A stretch of 64,000 nucleotides of DNA from Takakia lepidozioides (Eukaryota > Plantae > Bryophyta). Of the stretch, positions 13,596-25,405 are shown one piece after another. The position numbers and the translations under genes were made by a program. Location: positions 76,756,001-76,820,000 of the forward strand of contig CM060732.1 of NCBI GenBank assembly GCA_030704615.1, in the 5' to 3' direction. The notes under the pieces are model-generated. The model saw only the letters and a list, made by a program, of their open reading frames with translations, was not told where the DNA came from and made no database searches. Each line of letters starts with the position of its first letter. The stretch's first letter is position 1.

Positions 13596-16500
13596 GGTGA
13601 GAAAACTCACATTTATTTCAACCATGATGTAGAATTGCAACAACATTTGATTAGTCATTCGTGTTATCTACATTATTTACATTATGTACCATTCGAGAGA
13701 AAATAATATCACCCATATGCTTTTCTGTTGACTTGTGTCAACTGACTTGTGCAGACATATACATTTCAGCTTCCACCCTATTCATTATTTTTCTGGAACC
13801 CCTACTCAGATGGATAGCCCGTGGTAAGCTTGGATATCAATATAAAACTTCCTCAAGTGAAATCTCCGTTGCAGCATATGCCGATGACCTCGCCATCCTC
13901 GCATATAAACCGCAACACCTAAACGGACAAGTCATCAAACTATACCGCTTCAATCAATGGTCCGATATGGAACTTAGTCTTCACAAATGTGCTATCACCG
14001 CGGCAACACACCATAGCCGACTCACCAAAACTGCTATCGCCTCCCACTGTAAACTCTATGTACATTACAAGAATAAACCTTTCCCCTTCCTCGGGCCATA
14101 TGACCCATACACTTACCTGGGCATCCAACTGGTCCCTTCCCTCACCAGGCACGTTCAAAAAGATGCCACGTCATCCAAACTAGCCAATAAAAGTACAATC
14201 TCCATTGTCTCTCATCTTGGATTCATTGTTTCCAACCATATGACATCTGAGGTTCTCCTCAAATCCCCAATTGCCATCCAACCCAAATTATCAATCATAC
14301 AATCAGTACTAAAAACCCAAGTACAATATTCGTTCCACGCCGCACCCTTCTCCCTCCCGGACATTAAAAAACTTGACAAGAGCATTATCCAACTTACAAA
14401 ACGTGTATGTGGACTACCTGTTAGTACCCCCAATGCCTTCACCCAACTCCCAACCGACAGCTACAGGATTGGCTCTAGCCCCTTAATCATCTCATATTCC
14501 TGCACCTTAGGCTCACAATTGATTGAGGTCCTCAATGATCCTGGACGCCTAGGCCAAATCTATCAGGGACTCCTCAAATTTCTTGCCCTAAAATACAATG
14601 GACTATACTCTCTATCTGCACTGCACCCATAGGCGTGCCTACATTCCCCTACCGTGCGTACACTACTCATTCTACGACAAATGAAAATAAGCATACAAAC
14701 CGACTTACCAGATTATCCTAACACCTCGTCACATTTAGAACGCGCTTGGCTCACCAGCCTTTTTCTCCCTCAATTATAAATTTCCCACCCTAAACAAAAA
14801 GTACCCATCCTTACCTATTTTAAAGAGCGACACATTACCACTCTCACCCAACTCACCACTGCCACGGGGCATCGGCTCCTAACACCAACTGAATTCACCT
14901 TTAAGCATTCCAGATCTACGGCCAAAACCAGTCGATACCTACATTACTTTGCACCCTATTTTGCCACCCCTCAGCATCATGCACCCTTGATTGTGAGATC
15001 CCCTGTTCACATTTCCCCCACACACCTCAAGATCTGTTACCCCAATACAGATCTGCCCCAGCTGCCTCCATCCTCCAGAAGCTTAAAACTTCATATGATA
15101 GTAATAATCCCGCACTCACCGACCCCAACCCACCTTCCTTGCCACCCACTCAAAATACCACATCATGCCACGACAGTCCCCAACCTCCATCCACTCTATA
15201 TAACAATATGCCAGGTACCCCTACCCATCTCCAAATAACCCCAGCAACATCCTCCCAAATTTGCCCGCACTACCCTGAAAACCCCAATGCTTTCATCATA
15301 GAAGCTATTCTTGGAATTAAAACCCATACGTCAATAGACCCCTTCGGAGCCACTTGTGTGGATACATTTTATTATTGTAAATGGGATGGTTACCCACCAG
15401 ACGATAACACATGGCAAATTGAAGACGACTTGTTTGGCCCACACGATGATTGTGACCCTGACCACAATCTCACCCTCCTTACCACCTTCCATAAACGTAC
15501 CAACACCAATTACCTAACTCATATTCATCAACAACACGCTTCCCCCGCACAACCTAAAGACAACCAATACATACATACTCCGCTAATTGCCCCTAACATA
15601 CGCATATGCACGACCGAATGCAACCCTGATAAAGACATAGCTCATGACCTTCCAATGATCCGTATAGGCCCCCGCCTTTCCAATATCTACGCTCAAAACG
15701 GCCGTTTTATTGGTCTTATTCCCACTGACAGGATAACATGGCTTTGGGAAAAATATTCCACCAAAAACACTAATTCACAAATCTTACAACCCCCCAAACA
15801 AGACTGTGCCACCGAACTATGTTGGCTCGTAGAACGCTACCTCAAAGATGCCCCCCCCCCCCCCCCCCCCCAAAGAAACCACGTACCCTCAGTAGGCTAG
15901 CAATGGCATGCGTTCATACCACTATACCCAAGGACATTCTAGCACTACTCATCACTTCATTCCAACTTACTCACTCTTATTACTCCAGTCCGCTCACATG
16001 CCCTATGGAATTCACCACATTTGCAAATCCACACCACAGGGATTGTATCTTCGGCGCCACGGGTACTGCCACTCAGCACACCTAGGCTGGCAGAGGTCTT
16101 GCTCACCCTCCCCTCGGCACCTCCACTCATGAAGCTCTCCAATGGGCACGCTTCGCTGCTCATTCATCCCCCCACACTCTCACAATACTCATACTCACCC
16201 AACAACAATCACCTAATGACTCCTACGCCTGCCGGCTGGAGTTAATTTACTAGCCACAATCAAACCTAACCAGCTTAAATATGTGCATACCCCACCCCTT
16301 CCCAAATACCTTAGACAAAAGGAACCCACCCTAACCCTAATTTTGCATGTCCAACACTCCTCCCCCATCAATATACCGATGCCCTTTCTGAGCCACTTAA
16401 CACAACTGCTAACCCTGACACACAAAATGAAAGCACCCACCCCCCCCCACCCAAACACCCACCGTTCACCCACCATCTCCTATGACTCTGTCCCAATCAT

Positions 16501-17777
16501 TTCATCTCCCAAACTCAAACCAAACAAAGCTTGGAAAAGGGCGCTGCCCCCCCCCCCCCCCCCCCAGGCTACCATACCAAAACCCACACCCCCTATTCCC
16601 TCACTATACCAATAAACTATCCCCCTCAGATACCCCCCATCTAACTCCCATTATACTAACGGATCCCTCACCAAACCAAATGTTGGCTACGGAGTATACC
16701 ACGCCGCTACTAACCGGGGCATTGCTCTCAGACTTCCTGTCCCCGCCACCATATTACGTGCTGAACTTATGGCCATCTTCGAAGCACTCTCCCTGCTAGA
16801 TGCCTTTCCTCCTCCATACTACATCTTCACAGATAGCCTCACCTCACTCTTTCTTAGACGAAACCACATATCCCGCCCCTCCTCCCACCATCACCACCCA
16901 GACCGCAACCTCATTACAGCCATTGTTAACCTCGTTATTTCCAAAAGCCACCCTATCCACCTCCTCAAAGTCCGTTCGCACACTGGCATTAAAGGTAATG
17001 AGGCTGCCGATCTACTTGCTCAGACAGGCGCCTCTAAACCCCCAGTGGACCCTACAGATGACCCTATTCACATCGCTCATACCCATTCTTTTTGGTTCAT
17101 ATACCCAGTCCCAGACCCCCCCGCACCCAAACCAATCCGTAACCTTAGGACCACTATCACCCGTGACTCGTATAAACAGGCCGCAGCGTCTATTAGCCAC
17201 ACCAAAGTCCATATTCAGAAATGGACCCAATCCACAGTCCTCCATCATAAGCTATCAAACCACTTCTGGCACACCAAAACCACTTCCGATGCACAAAATC
17301 CGACAAACACTCAAATTTAGGTACACCTAATACATGGGCCACCAACGTAAACATATCTTCTGGCCACATCGTTTCCCATCCCCCTACTTCACACTATGCT
17401 CAAATATCCACCGTGAACGCGACACCTGGCCACACCTCCTTAGCCAATGTATCCATCCAGTCATTCATGGCCTTCATATCACTCGTCACAACCACGCAGT
17501 TTGGCGTATCCATAAACTCCTTTTGAGCCGTGCTGAAACCAGGTGGATCTCACTCATTAACGCCGGTACCAAGGCCGACCACTAGACCACACTGTACCCC
17601 CATGGCTGCTCCCATGTACCTGTACCCATTCACCATGCACCTGCCCCGCCAGACTCCGCCCTGATATTCTCCTTGTCCACGGCCTACCCCCTAACACCCC
17701 ACCACCCATTACACCATCCCCACAACTCACCATCCACTTCATCGAATTTACATATTGTAATGATCTCTACCCCAATG

Positions 17778-18503
17778 TATCGCACACCTCACTTCGGTAA
17801 GCTCCCCTTCAAGTCATAGTTATTCGCTTTGATGCGCGCGCCTAACTCCCGAACTGGCCGCTTGGCCAACTCGGAGCTACGGCTGCTCGCCGGGACATAA
17901 CGGTCTCCCTTTACTCCTCCAAAAGACCCTCTCTCAATTTGGGCCAAGTGGAAATTCTCTTTGGCCTGTGGCAGTCCGGAACAGCTCCCCACACCTTGGT
18001 CGCTTTCCGGCTCGCACGCTTACTCACTAGTTTTTGGTCACCAACGGGCTTGCACCGTTCTCGGGGTTACTACTCCCTATATATACTTCTGTGACTGTCC
18101 GCGGGGGTTTCACAAACAACCATGCCATTTTATGGCGAACCACCACGAAAACCCTCGATTCCCGGTGATGAGTCGCGGTGAGTCTTGGCCCACCCACCAC
18201 GGTCCCATTGGACCGTGATGAGTCCCAAGACTCCCAACGACTCCCACCACAAGGTCTCCGCCCCCATGGTGAGTCCTATGCCACCCCCACTAAGTCCCAC
18301 TAAGCTACCACCACCCCTCGTGGAACCACCCCCACCGCAACCCAGTGTGCGGGGTTCCACCTAGTGAGCGCCTCCGCCTCCTTGAGTGCCTTGAGCACTC
18401 AAGGTGCTTCAGCCCCCGTTCCTATTGTTGCCACTGCCCCCACCACAGGGGCAGCCCCCTCTTGTGTCCCGACCCCCCGCTCTCAAGGCAAAGGGTCACG
18501 ACA
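17778..18503 (-). repeat. Gypsy 3' LTR
   Basis: Near-identical copy of 23937-24662. Confidence 0.95.
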
Positions 18504-19401
18504 CACACCCCTACCAACAGGGAGTCGATGTCCTTATCGACTTGTCCATTTTGTAGAAACTAACATCCAAGTTGTGGCGTCCCACATCAAGGAGTTTGTT
18601 TCCGCATCAGGCGTCCCATGGCAAAGAACCAAACCCCCACTTGACTCTACTCTCCACTAGCTAGTTCGGCCGACTTCCTCCAAGTCCCGGCCAAGGGTGG
18701 AGCCTCTCAAGCTCCACCCAGTGCACTCTTCTTGGCCCACTTCAAGGCCAAGGAACGATCCTCCCCGAGGATCGAATCGCCTTACTGCAACAACATTGCT
18801 TGCGACCGCTCATGATGCCACTTTTGGCATCACCTTGAGCAAGGGTTCACCTTGAACCCCTTTTTGATTAGAAAGATAACCTTGAACCAACCGTGCGCCC
18901 CAATCACTACAATTGGGTCCGCTTTGGAATGCTGGCCTGAGGTACGGGAACATGCCGAAGCCGCACTACGACTTTGTCCCGAGGCTACACGATTATAGTA
19001 CGTGAACGGAAGTATGTAGCTTCCGCGTTAGCCCGCACTACAAGGCAACCCCTCGGTAGCGCAGTTATAGTACGCGCACGCGCCAGGCGCGCACTAGCAC
19101 GTGAACTCCCAAAGAAGGCGCAAGTTTCCTTGCTCCTTGGATGAGAGTCACCCGATTTTGGCACTACGCAAACACACGATTAATCCAATTTACCTCTCTC
19201 ACTTTTATAAGCTAGCATGCATTCTACACACTAGCCAACCATACCATGCATCACCATTCCAAACAAAATATGAAGCACAACATTTGCATTTCATTTAAAA
19301 CAAAATTTGTACAACACAAGTTTTTGCAATCGGATTCTTGAGCTAGCTAAGTCGGGCTAAGCATGCATTTCCTCCCCCACGCTCCAAGGTTGATGTCCCC
19401 A

Positions 19402-22400
19402 TCAACGCTTCTTCCGCTTTTGAGGTCGCCCTTCGAAGGCTGCAACCGCCTCGGATGCGTTTCTCATTTCCGAGGCACACACCCAAGATGCCTCCACATG
19501 ATGATAGCCCTTCCATTTCACGAGATACTCCGTTTCTCGGTTCTTGAACCTCCTCGACTTAAGCACTGCCTCCACCTCGTACTCAGGTTCATTTTCATGA
19601 TCCAACAGCACAGGTGGCGGACGCAACACTTGATGCCGATTCGGACGCGCTTCATCTTTGAAGTAAGGCTTCAAAAGAGACACGTGGAATACCGGATGCA
19701 CCTTGTTGTTTGCCGGCAGCTCTAATTCATACACATCCTCATTCAAAACCTTCCGGATGCGAAATGGTCCTGCATACGGAGGTACGAACTTTGGACTCAC
19801 TTCCGGAGGTAGTCGGAAATTCTTGATGTTCAACCAAACCTCCGTGCCTACCTCAAACTTAACTTCCCTCCGCTTCCGATTCGTCTGCTGTTCATACCAT
19901 TTCCTAGCTTTGGCAATGTTGTACTTTGCGAGCTTTAGCAAACGCTCGCGTTCTTCCAGCACTGCTGCTGCTGCCGGTTCCTCAACGTCTTGGTCGGCAC
20001 CAGAGGTGCTTTTCCATAGACCAATACAAAAGGGGAGCCTCCCGTTGTAAAGTGTTTTGTGTTATTATAACAGAACTCTGCCGCATTCAAGTGCTCTACC
20101 CAGTCCGATTGGTCTGCCGACACGTAATTCCGCAAGATCTACTTTACCACGGAATTCACCCTTTCCGTTTGGCCGTCTGTCGTAGGTCGGAAAGCGGTGC
20201 TCATCTTAAGCCTCGTCCCCATTTTCTTCCAAAGTGCCCTCCAAAATTTACTTGTAAACTTTGGACAATATCCTTCGGGAGTCCATGATGCTTGAAGACG
20301 TGGACGAAGTAAAGTCGCCCCGTCTCTTGCGCCGTTGTCGTCTCCTTGGTGGGAATGAAATGGCCCATTTTACTGAACCTATCCACCATCACCATGATTG
20401 CATCGAATCCTTTTGACAGCGGCATAGCAGTCATGAAATCCATCGAGACACTTTCCCAAGACCCCTCTGGAATCGGCAAGGGTTGTAACAGCCCCGCTTG
20501 CTTTTTATACTCGCTCCGGTTTTGTTGGCATGTGGTGCATGTCTTGACATACTCCTCGGCCTCCTCCCTTAGCTTGGGCCAGAAATACTCTTTCTTCAAG
20601 AGTGTCGTGGTGCGCTTGGCTCCGCCGTGGCCCGCAAGCGGGCCATCATGACATTCTCTCAGGAGACTATCTCTGATCCCTCCCTTTGGCACGTAGAGGC
20701 GCTTTTGCTTGTACCGGAGCAGTCCATTGTGCAAGTGGAGCTGCGATTTAACTCCTCAAGTCCCGCATCACGGACTTCGCCATCTCATCCTTCCGGTAAG
20801 CCTTCCGAATCTTCCTTTGGAGCGTCGTTTTGCCTTTGTACACCAACATGAGCTGCTGCTCTCTACTCAAAGCATCGGCCACCACATTGTCCCGTCCCGG
20901 TTTGTACTGGATATCCACGTCAAACACCAAAGTGTCTTACCACCTAAGTTGTTTCAGGGACAACTTAGGCTGCGTGGCAAAATATTTCACCGTGACATTG
21001 TCCGTGAACACCCTCACCAGGTTGGAACCAACATAGTGGCGCCAAAGCTCAAGGAAATGCACCACCGCCTTCATTTCTATCTCGTGCATAGGCCACCGTC
21101 GCTCCATTTCATTCAGTTTCTTACTTTCGTAAGCCACTGGACGCCCATCCTGCATGAGCACACCCCCAATCGCGAAGTCTGACGCATTTGTATGAATCTC
21201 GAACGGACGGTCAAACTCCGGGATTTTCAGGACTGGAGCTTCCGCCAACCGCTGCTTCAACTCGGCAAAAGCTTGGCCACAAAAAGTATTCCATACCCAG
21301 ACCTTGGACTTACACAGAAGGTCCGACAACGGATCTGGGCGAAATTTCTCACATACTTTCGGTAATAGGAGGCGAGTCCTAGGAAAGATCGCACCCCCGG
21401 GACCGAAGTCGGAGGCTCCCCGTCCAAGATCGCCCTCACCTTTCTGTCATCCATTTTGATCCCATCATGTGTAATCACATGCCCTAGGAATTCAACCTTT
21501 GTGACCCCGAATTCGCACTTTGAAGTTTTGGCATACAGCTTCCCTTCCTGCAATTGGTGCTCCTCCTTTGTTTTCGTGTACACCAAGATGTCGTCGATGT
21601 ACACGATCACAAAGTCATCCAACCACTCCTGGAAAAGGCTATTCATTAGCGTGCTAAAGGTCGCGGGTGCATTGGTGAGCCCAAAAGGCATCACCAAGAA
21701 CTCATACGAACTATATCTCGTCCTGCACGCAGTCTTCTCCTCATCTCCTTCCGCCACTCGGATTTGATGGTAGCCCGAGCGCAAATCGATTCGGCTGAAA
21801 TACTTTGCTCCTGCCAACCGGTCAAAGAGGTCGTCGATCCTTGGCAAAGGGTACCGGTTTTTGATGGTCACCTTATTCAGAGCCCTGTAATCGACACACA
21901 TCCGCAGCGTCCCATCTTTCTTGTCTGCGAATAGCACCGAGGCTCCGTAAAGTGACTTACTCGGCCGAATGTACCCCTTTGACATTAGATCCTTGAGCTG
22001 AGCCTTCAGCTCGACCAATTCTTTGTGACTCAACCGGTAGGGCGCCTTGGCAGGCGGCTCCAATCCGGTATCACCTCAATTTTGTGGTCAACTCCTCTTC
22101 GCGGTGGCAAGCCGCTTGGTAAATCCTTCGGCATCACATCCTGATATTTATCCAAAATCCCCTTGATCCAATCTGGGCTCGGCTCCCTATCGCCTTCTCT
22201 CTAAGCAAAAATTGGGGCTCGTGTGGCTCCTCCACGGCCCATTCCTTTGCTGACAACAGGTTTATTCGCCCTCCCACTGGGTTGGGCATTTCCGACACTC
22301 TTAAAGCTTTGCCACCATTCCCACACGGTAGCGTGACTATTCTCTTGCGGCCATCTATGACCGCTCCGGATTTGCTAAAAAATGTCATCCCCAAAATAAG

Positions 22401-23881
22401 ATCCACTCCATCGATCTCGCAAATGGTGAAGTTCTCACGTCCCTCCCAACTCCCCAGCTGAAGAGGAACATCGAATGCCACCCTCGTCGCCCGTTGTGGT
22501 TCTCTTTTGGCCGAACGCACTTCAATGGACGCCCCCACATCACTTGTCGGGAGCCCCAGCTTCCGTGCCGTTGCCGGTGTCATGAAGGAGTGCGACGCTC
22601 CTGTGTCCACCAACAACGACACGTTAGTTCCGGAAATTAACCCATTCATGAACATTAACTGACTTTCTTTACGCAAGGCGCCAGTTTCCTGATACAACTC
22701 ACAAGAGTAGTTGCCTATCTTGCAAGTTTTGGCGACCACCGCCTCCACCAAGTGGCTAATGGAATCTTCAGACAGCTCCGTGGCCGCCTGAGTCATGTTC
22801 AATTGTCGGGGTTTTGTGCACTTCTTGGCTATGTGCCCGGGCTCCCCGCAATTAAAGCACACTCCATCGAAGGTCGCCTTTTGTCCGCCATAAGCCGCCA
22901 CACTTGATTTTCCTTTCGGAGCACCGGGTGCCGCCTTGACGTGTGAAGGACCTCCCTTTGATTTCCTTGTGCCATTGTCGCCGCGTGGCCTATCTCACTT
23001 CATTTCCAGTCGGAAGGAGTCAGTCTCCCGCCGGGCTTTCTTGTGGTTTTAGCTCCGTATGGCCTTGTCTTTCGCCCCTAGGAATATCCGAGAAACATTC
23101 AGCCCTCTCAATTGTCTCGTTCAAAGTCTTAGGTGGCTTCTCCTCCAACTTCTGTCTGGCCCATGGGGTTAGTCCCGCCACAAAGTTGAAGACCATTTCT
23201 GGTTCCGCCATATCCGCGACTTCAAGCAACAGCACATTGAAAGCCTGAACATATCCCCAAATATCATAAGTTTGCTTCAAATTCCTCATCTTGTCCCGGG
23301 CGAGCCAAGACGCGTTGAGGGGCACAAACTGTCTCTTCATAAGTTCCTTGAACCCACTCCAGCTCAAGGTTTCTGGGTTTGGCCCTTGGTCGTGAAGGCG
23401 TTTCTACCACCATTGTTGAGCATAGCCCCTCAAATAGGTGGGAGCCACTTCCACCCGATCCTCATCACTCAACTTGGCCGCCCAAAAGTACTGCTCTAGC
23501 TCCAAGAGCCAGGTGTTGAGTGCCTTCCGATTTTGGACGCCCTCAAAGGTGCCGGGTTCCTTAGGCTTCACCTTAAACTTTGCCTTAGTGGAAGTGGCAG
23601 CAGTCGCCTTCAACATGTCTTTCAACGTCCCGCCAAATTGCGCCAACAACCCTTCCCAAAAAGGCTGCCGACATGGGAGGTATCTGTTGGTCTGGCGGAG
23701 CCTTCGGGAAGTCCTCGAGCTCCGACTCCCTAGATTCCTCCCGTTCTTGAGTGGCCTCGCTTTCAAAAGCATGAATCGCCTCCTCATATTGCCGCTTCGG
23801 TGACACGTCGTCCCCATCGGACTCACCCGGATCATCATCTTTCGGGCCGTTCCGCTTTTGCTTTGGCTTGCCCGACCCCAT
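19402..23881 (-). pseudogene. Gypsy gag-pol with C-terminal chromodomain, disrupted
   Basis: Knuckle CFNCGEPGHIAKKC, protease [25 protein letters not shown], RNase H HTNASD, integrase HDGPLAGH/SMDF, chromodomain EYEVEAVL...YLVKWKGY...ASW. Split across many frames. Confidence 0.93.
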
Positions 23882-23922
23882 GATGAGGCCGATCTCAAGG
23901 ATGATCGCGTACTGAACTCTAA

Positions 23923-23934
23923 GCTCTGATACCA
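23923..23934 (-). other. Primer-binding site (tRNA-iMet), TGGTATCAGAGC
   Basis: Lies 2 nt inside the 5' LTR. Confidence 0.92.
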
Positions 23935-23936
23935 AG

Positions 23937-24662
23937 TGTCACGCACCTCACTTCGGTAAGCTCCCCTTCAAGTCATAGTTACTCGCTTTGATGCGCGCGC
24001 CTAACTCCCGAACTGGCCGTCGGGCCAACTCGGAGCTTCAGCTGCACGCCGGGACATAACGGTCCCCCTTTACTCCTCCACAAGACCCTCTCTCAATTTG
24101 GGCCAAGTGGAAATTCTCTTTGGCATGTGGCAGTCCGGAACAGCTCCCCACACCTTGGTCGCTTTCCGGCTCGCACGCTTACTCACTAGTTTTTGGTCAC
24201 CAACGGGCTTGCACCGTTCTCGGGGTTACTACTCCCTATATATACTTCTGTGACTATCCGTGGGGGTTTCACAAACAACCATGCCATTTTATGGCGAACC
24301 ACCACGAAAACCCTCGATTCCCGGTGATGAGTCGCGGTGAGTCTTGGCCCACCCACCTTGGTCCCATTGGACCGTGATGAGTCCCAAGACTCCACACGAC
24401 TCCCACCACAAGGTCTCCGCCACCATGGTGAGTCCTATGCCACCCCCACTAAGTCTCACTAAGCTACCCCCACCCCTCGTGGAACCACGCCCACCGCAGC
24501 CCGGTGTGCGGGGTTCCACCTAGTGAGCGCCTCGACCTCCTTGAGTGCCTTGGGCACTCAAGGTGCTTCAGCCCCCGTTCCTATTGTTGACACTGCCCCC
24601 ACCACAGGGGCAGCCCCCTCTTGTGTCCCGACCCCCCGCCCTCAAGGCAAAGGGTCGCGACA
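23937..24662 (-). repeat. Gypsy 5' LTR
   Basis: TG...CA termini, adjacent to the PBS. Confidence 0.95.
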
Positions 24663-25134
24663 CAATGACTTGATCTTGGAAAAACGACAAAAATATGCCC
24701 CGCTCATCCTTGCAATCCACCGTAGAGGCTGGATCACCGGCCCACTAACCGTCATTACTGCTGGTACTAGAGGCGGCATACATAATGCCAGTATCAACGC
24801 TATACATGACAACTTCAAAATCCCCATCCTCCCCATTCATAAGTGTTTCAAAGCAATCCACCTCGCGGCACTCCAATCCCTCACATCTATTATTACCAAC
24901 AAGCGGCAACTGGAATCCAAATCTACGTTGATACCCTGGGTACCCTATGTACCTCTGGGTACTTGGTGTCCCACAGAACACCTGTTTTCTCATAGGGCCC
25001 ACCCCCGAAAGGGGGCAGTAGCCGCAAGGTGAAGTGGCTCTTAGTTACGCCGGCTTCGGCCGGAGTCTTCTTTCTCTCTCTACGAAGAGTTCTACTGACA
25101 GTGTCAGCTTCTAAGAGACCCTATCAACTAACCT

Positions 25135-25405
25135 GCTCTGATACCATGTTAGGAATCGTGAAGGAGAAATGAGATGTCTGAAGTCTGCTTCATTAAACCC
25201 GAAGCAAGCATAATATACTAGTCCTAAGTATCAGAGAGCAGGGAAACACTACTCTTTTCATGATTAACTAGTGGTGACTGGCGGAGTGGTCTGGACACTA
25301 AATTAGGCTCCTACTTCACATATTGAGTGGAGCATTGATGTGATCTGTTCTTCGACCGTTACAGATCTAGACGTCGTCGATCTTCTTTGACTAAAATACT
25401 CAACA
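25135..25405 (-). mobile_element. Orphan LTR plus PBS remnant of another LTR retrotransposon
   Basis: GCTCTGATACCA (reverse-complement PBS) at 25135-25146 directly abuts TGTTAGG...CTCAACA (25147-25405, TGTT/AACA termini). No partner LTR was found in the window. Confidence 0.65.

Larger units (their letters stand above)
17778..24662 (-). mobile_element. Ty3/gypsy chromovirus LTR retrotransposon
   Basis: 726-bp LTRs at 17778-18503 and 23937-24662. The 5-bp TSD CAATG sits at 17773-17777 and 24663-24667. PBS for tRNA-iMet. Order is gag-PR-RT-RH-INT-chromodomain. Confidence 0.97.
13772..25080 (+). mobile_element. 5'-truncated non-LTR retrotransposon, Dualen/RandI-like (RT, chromodomain-like motif, RNase H, CCHC-like knuckle, RLE), interrupted by a gypsy element
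   Basis: RT: TLFIIFLEPLLRW, AYADDL, YTYLGI. RNase H: YTNGS, RAELMAI, FTDSL, KVRSHTGIKGNEAADLLA. Knuckle: LC...DTWPHLLSQC. RLE: RLRPDILL...IEFTYCND...KRQKY..L...GW...TAGTRG. Several TAG stops and frameshifts. Confidence 0.85.

Noticed and set aside
13760-13775. TCAGCTTC at both LINE flanks (also ~25104) as a TSD
   Set aside because: The LINE ends are not defined precisely enough and the match is short, so it cannot be distinguished from chance.
17789-18660. Duplicated short ORFs (also at 24120-24519)
   Set aside because: They lie within the two gypsy LTRs and have no recognisable protein motifs.
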